A stretch of DNA of 64,000 nucleotides, from the NCBI GenBank assembly GCA_043228905.1, contig JBHGNT010000002.1:3534001-3598000 (forward strand), read 5' to 3'. Below, in pieces: positions 60,017-64,000 of the stretch. Source of the stretch: Azolla caroliniana (taxonomy: Eukaryota > Plantae > Polypodiophyta). Both the position numbers and the translations under genes were made by a program. Below the pieces are notes generated by a model. That model did not search any database. It was not told where the DNA came from and was given only the letters and a program-made list of their open reading frames with translations. Numbering within the stretch: the stretch's first letter is position 1; every line of letters starts with the position of its first letter.

Positions 60017-62018
60017 TCAATGGAGAAAAGGAATGGCTCTTGTCAACAATGATACAAACATCATGCCATACATGATAGTGACCACCGAAAACCTATGAGC
60101 CATAACCGTGGCCTTGTTAACTGGTGCAGATAGAGATGGAGATCCTGTGTCAGGATGCCAAACAAAGGAATTAAGCATGTTATTTGAAGATCTAGTGCAT
60201 AAATCCATAAATCCTATGGCTAAGATTAAAACATTTGCAGAAAATGCAATCGAACAAATCATCAACAATAACAATTCATTAAAGTCAATGAATGTAATAT
60301 TATTCACCTAAAGAATTAGCTTTATTTTCCATTTCGTAAAATTTGTTTATGAAAGTGCATTGGTACATCACATGGGAAATTGTGTAATCACCAATTTGGT
60401 TGAGAAATAATCAATTCCATTACGTATTGTGTTCTCTAATAATTTGATGAACATTTAAAAAGCCATACTGAATGCCAAAACATGGCTAATGAGGTTGATT
60501 TCCATATTGACACGTTGAAGAAAGTCAATATCCCATCAAAGACACAATAATTTGATGTTAACTAATAGCTTGATAATAAGATGGAAACAACTTCAATATG
60601 ATTTTATGTACAAGATAATATGTAAGGTAAACATTGAAAATCTTGAATATAATACAATGTGTTACTTTACCCTATATACTTTTTCATTATAGCTAGCTTT
60701 GGTGGACAAAGTGGTGTAGAAAATACAAGCATGTGCACATGTAATGAACTCGTTGTACAAATTGCAAAATCTCGATAAACAAATGGTTTTGTATTTCATG
60801 ACTTAGTGAAATATATAAGGAAGCGCAATCTAATTGTTTAAATATTGAGCTAAAGTTGGTACTATTTCAATTGAAGATCTTTAAAACCATTAATGCTATA
60901 AGTCATATAAGATTGCTCTATAACAAATCCATCTTAAGAACAAGTGTAAATATTAATCAAAGGGAGCAATAGAATGGTGTGAAAACTATGGGGATGATGA
61001 TTTTTTGGAAAAAAAAAAAGAAAACTATGGGGATGATGAGTCATAGAGATGTCATTGTGGGTACTAATTGTGATGTATTAAAATGAAATATTAGGATTAA
61101 TTAGCTAAAAACGACCTATGTTAGCATGCATGTAAATCATTAACATTGCTCCTACACTTAATCATAACTTAAACTATTTGAACATTTTATATTAGGTTAT
61201 ATGTGGAATGCATTAAAAATACTTTATTTAAACGCACAAAATATATCATATGATACCAACGTGAAAACGATAGAAGTTGTACATGTCTACTTTTTATTAT
61301 ATTCATCTATGAAAACGATAGAGATTGGTGCTAATTAAATTAATTATATGCCATGGATATGTTAATTATCATTGTGATTAGTACTAGTAATAGCAACATT
61401 GGCCTTGCCACCCATGTCTAACCATAATGTTGATTATATACAATTGGTACTCCTTGCAATGCTAGTTATTATATATAATATTGTTAATCACAATGTTCTA
61501 GTGATTGTTGGTAGACCAAATAATGGCTAATGGCTATAGTTTATAATTAGCATTATTTGCGATCTATTATGATCTTCTATAAGCAAACATATCATTGTGA
61601 TAAGCAAGAAAAGAGGGATGGGTATATCATGTGTTTTATTTAGATTTAAGATGACATTAGAAAGAAAGAGTGATTGGGGGAGCATACCAGTTGGGACGTT
61701 ATTTGAGGGAGAGGGGGCAGTGATGGAACAAAGGATGTTGAGCTCATTGGCTCGACTTAGGTTGACATTTGGAATCTCGAGGGATAAATTGCGAAGTGTA
61801 GAAAGGCATTCGGGATAGGCATTCACATATGCTGCGAGTGGCTTGCAACACTCGGGCCCTACCACCGAATCATTACCTATTTTCACATATGGGAAACATG
61901 TGTACAAGCTTGAGCTTTCTCCAATGCAAGAAGATGAGGTTCCTTGTGCCTCCACGCTCATCACTAACACAACAATAGATATAATCATCAATTGCACTAA
62001 TACAATTGCTAACCCCAT
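60017..62018 (-). CDS. Non-specific lipid transfer protein-like, GPI-anchored (LTPG/xylogen-like); exons 62018-61688 and 60144-60017, ~152 aa
   Basis: Signal peptide …VEAQG and pattern C-x9-C-x15-CC-x12-C-x25-C. The phase-1 donor G|GTATG joins in frame to the acceptor ACACAG|GA. The tail is S/P-rich and then hydrophobic. An extra small internal exon cannot be excluded. Confidence 0.8.
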
Positions 62019-62028
62019 TGCTTCTTTC

Positions 62029-62070
<42 letters not shown>

Positions 62071-62220
62071 TCCCTCCCTTCCCTTTCTACTCAAGTTCAC
62101 AAAAAGCACTCTTCTTCACTCCGCTCCCCCTTTTCACTTTTCTGTTCCTCACCACACATTTTTTAAAGACTAGTTCAATCTTCTTTACAAACCCTCTCCC
62201 TATGAAAAAACATTCAAACC

Positions 62221-62230
62221 CTATATATAT
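62221..62230 (-). promoter_or_regulatory. Candidate TATA box of the LTP-like gene
   Basis: ATATATATAG about 200 bp upstream of the ATG; position only. Confidence 0.35.
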
Positions 62231-64000
62231 TTTGATTGCTCTCTCTCTCTCTCTCTCTCATGCACAAGGGTAGACACCCAACATGCTTAAGTCTACATAC
62301 TACTAACGAATGCTCGGCCCGACATGGGAACAAAATAAGACACACACTCCACAAGTAGATAAAAGACATTGACGGGATCATCAAAAGTTTGGTGGAAACT
62401 TCTTGGGTATAATTGCATAACAGGATGGCTCAACCTTGTCCAATACAGGTTTTTTGTGTTCTTTTTTCTAAGGATCCTCTCTCAAAGAAAAACTATAGTA
62501 AGGATGAAGTGTGAAGAATCATATATTCAATTTCTTTATTTAACAAAAACAATTTCCTTTGAACAATTTTTATTACAATGAGTCATTCCAACATTAAAGA
62601 ATTGGTAAGTTTTTTACAATATTAATGAAAAATATGTTTGTCAAAACATCCCTCTATACAAGAGTATTTCCAACACATGCTCTTTCTCTCTCTCTCTCTC
62701 TCTCTCTGTCCTCTACCGAAGAACTTAACATGTCCCAAGAAAAGAAAAAGAAAAGTTTCTTTTAGAATTCCAAAGAACAGTTTCACTTAGAACACCGTAT
62801 ACTTGGATCAATCATTAACGTCTTCTCTTCAATCGATAAAGCCAAGTTCACATTTAATGGATACTTGTCTAATCACATGTGTCTTGTTTTCAAAGCACCA
62901 ATTCACATCAAGCAAAAAAAAAGAGATAAGTCTTTCTTTACGTAGTGCATCTTGGGCACATGGACGACAATTTATCCGTTACTTTATTTAATGATTTATC
63001 TAGAGAGAGAAGAGAGAGTTCAAGAAGAAAAAGAGACTTGGAGAAAATGTGTCATTTCTTGTTCAATGTATCTAGAATGCAATGAAGATGAATCATAATT
63101 TCAACTCAAAAAAGGTAAAGGAAAGTATTGTGTGTGCCAGTTGTGTAACTCTACTAAGAGGACACATTCATCCCAACTATGAACTCTCAAGTTTGCCCTA
63201 CGCAAATTCAATAAATGAGCCTCACCCACCGTCATTAAAGAAAGACATGTTATTGTACTTGTCCAATCTATTATCCGATCATTTAGACACTTTATTTATA
63301 GTTCAACCAATATTTGACCTTGAAATAAACTAAACTTTCTTCTTCTTTGTGCTAATTTGCGAGAAGGGTGTTAAAGATGTGAGTAGAACCATAAGGGTCC
63401 TAAACTAGGTAAGTTAGGATTTGTTGTTGTTGACTTCGTAGTGTTTCCATGACCGAAGTATATGCACAATCACATATCCGTGTATACTTGACAATTTCCC
63501 CTCTCGGTATATCTTTATATGCATATGTTTATAAACTCTTGTTTTTATGAGTGAGTGCTTAAATAATTTTAATCAAGTGTATCTAAAAATGTGTGTACCC
63601 AAGAAGGTGCAAAATTGTGTATATGCATATGGTTGTTTTTGTGGTTGTGTGTTTGCATATCAATGTGTGAGAATTAATGTCTTTGGTTGTAAATTTGTAT
63701 GAGTAAATATGTGCATGTTTATAGGTGTTCACGTGTGTAACTTTCTGTGAGCATGTATTGATGAATGTGGAATCATAATTGTGTTTCTATGGATGTGAAT
63801 GCGAAAGTTTGATTATGGTTGTATGAAAGTTTGGATTTTCAAATGTGCTAATGTGAATGTTTTTGTTTATGATACGAGAGTATGGAGACATGTGTGAGAA
63901 TGTGCTTATGGGTGTCTAGATATGTGAAATGCATCATTATGATCCTAATTGTGCATATGATCTTTTAGTGGTCTTCTAATGGATATAGTTGATGATGTAT

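Noticed and set aside
61527-61687. Hydrophobic C-terminus of the 163-aa ORF in the track
   Set aside because: It lies after the G|GTATG donor in AT-rich sequence and is most likely intron read-through.
63530-64000. TG-rich stretch as a telomeric or structured repeat
   Set aside because: It is low-complexity with no consistent period.

Overview
Eukaryotic nuclear DNA, most likely from a non-seed land plant (moss, lycophyte or fern; inferred from the TE families). About 90% is a nested transposon block. Left to right: the right end of a putative large DNA transposon with a decayed coiled-coil/RING-H2 gene and an intronic 52/104-bp satellite (1-7682); a minus-strand Ty1/copia element carrying a solo LTR; an Athila-like fragment; several Ty3/gypsy elements primed by tRNA-Trp (deleted, gag-only and solo-LTR forms); two more copia elements; an RTEX-like LINE; two L1 LINEs ending in (AG)n; a tRNA-derived SINE; a hAT-like non-autonomous element; and one host gene, a GPI-anchored nsLTP-like protein with only 6 Cys. 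Two hidden signals stand out in the tRNA-Trp gypsy group. First, a conserved G GAT TTT-stop slippery site with a covarying hairpin/pseudoknot lies between protease and RT, suggesting -1 ribosomal frameshifting after the protease. Second, these elements make 4-bp target duplications that all centre on a CpG. All calls were made by eye, with no database searches.
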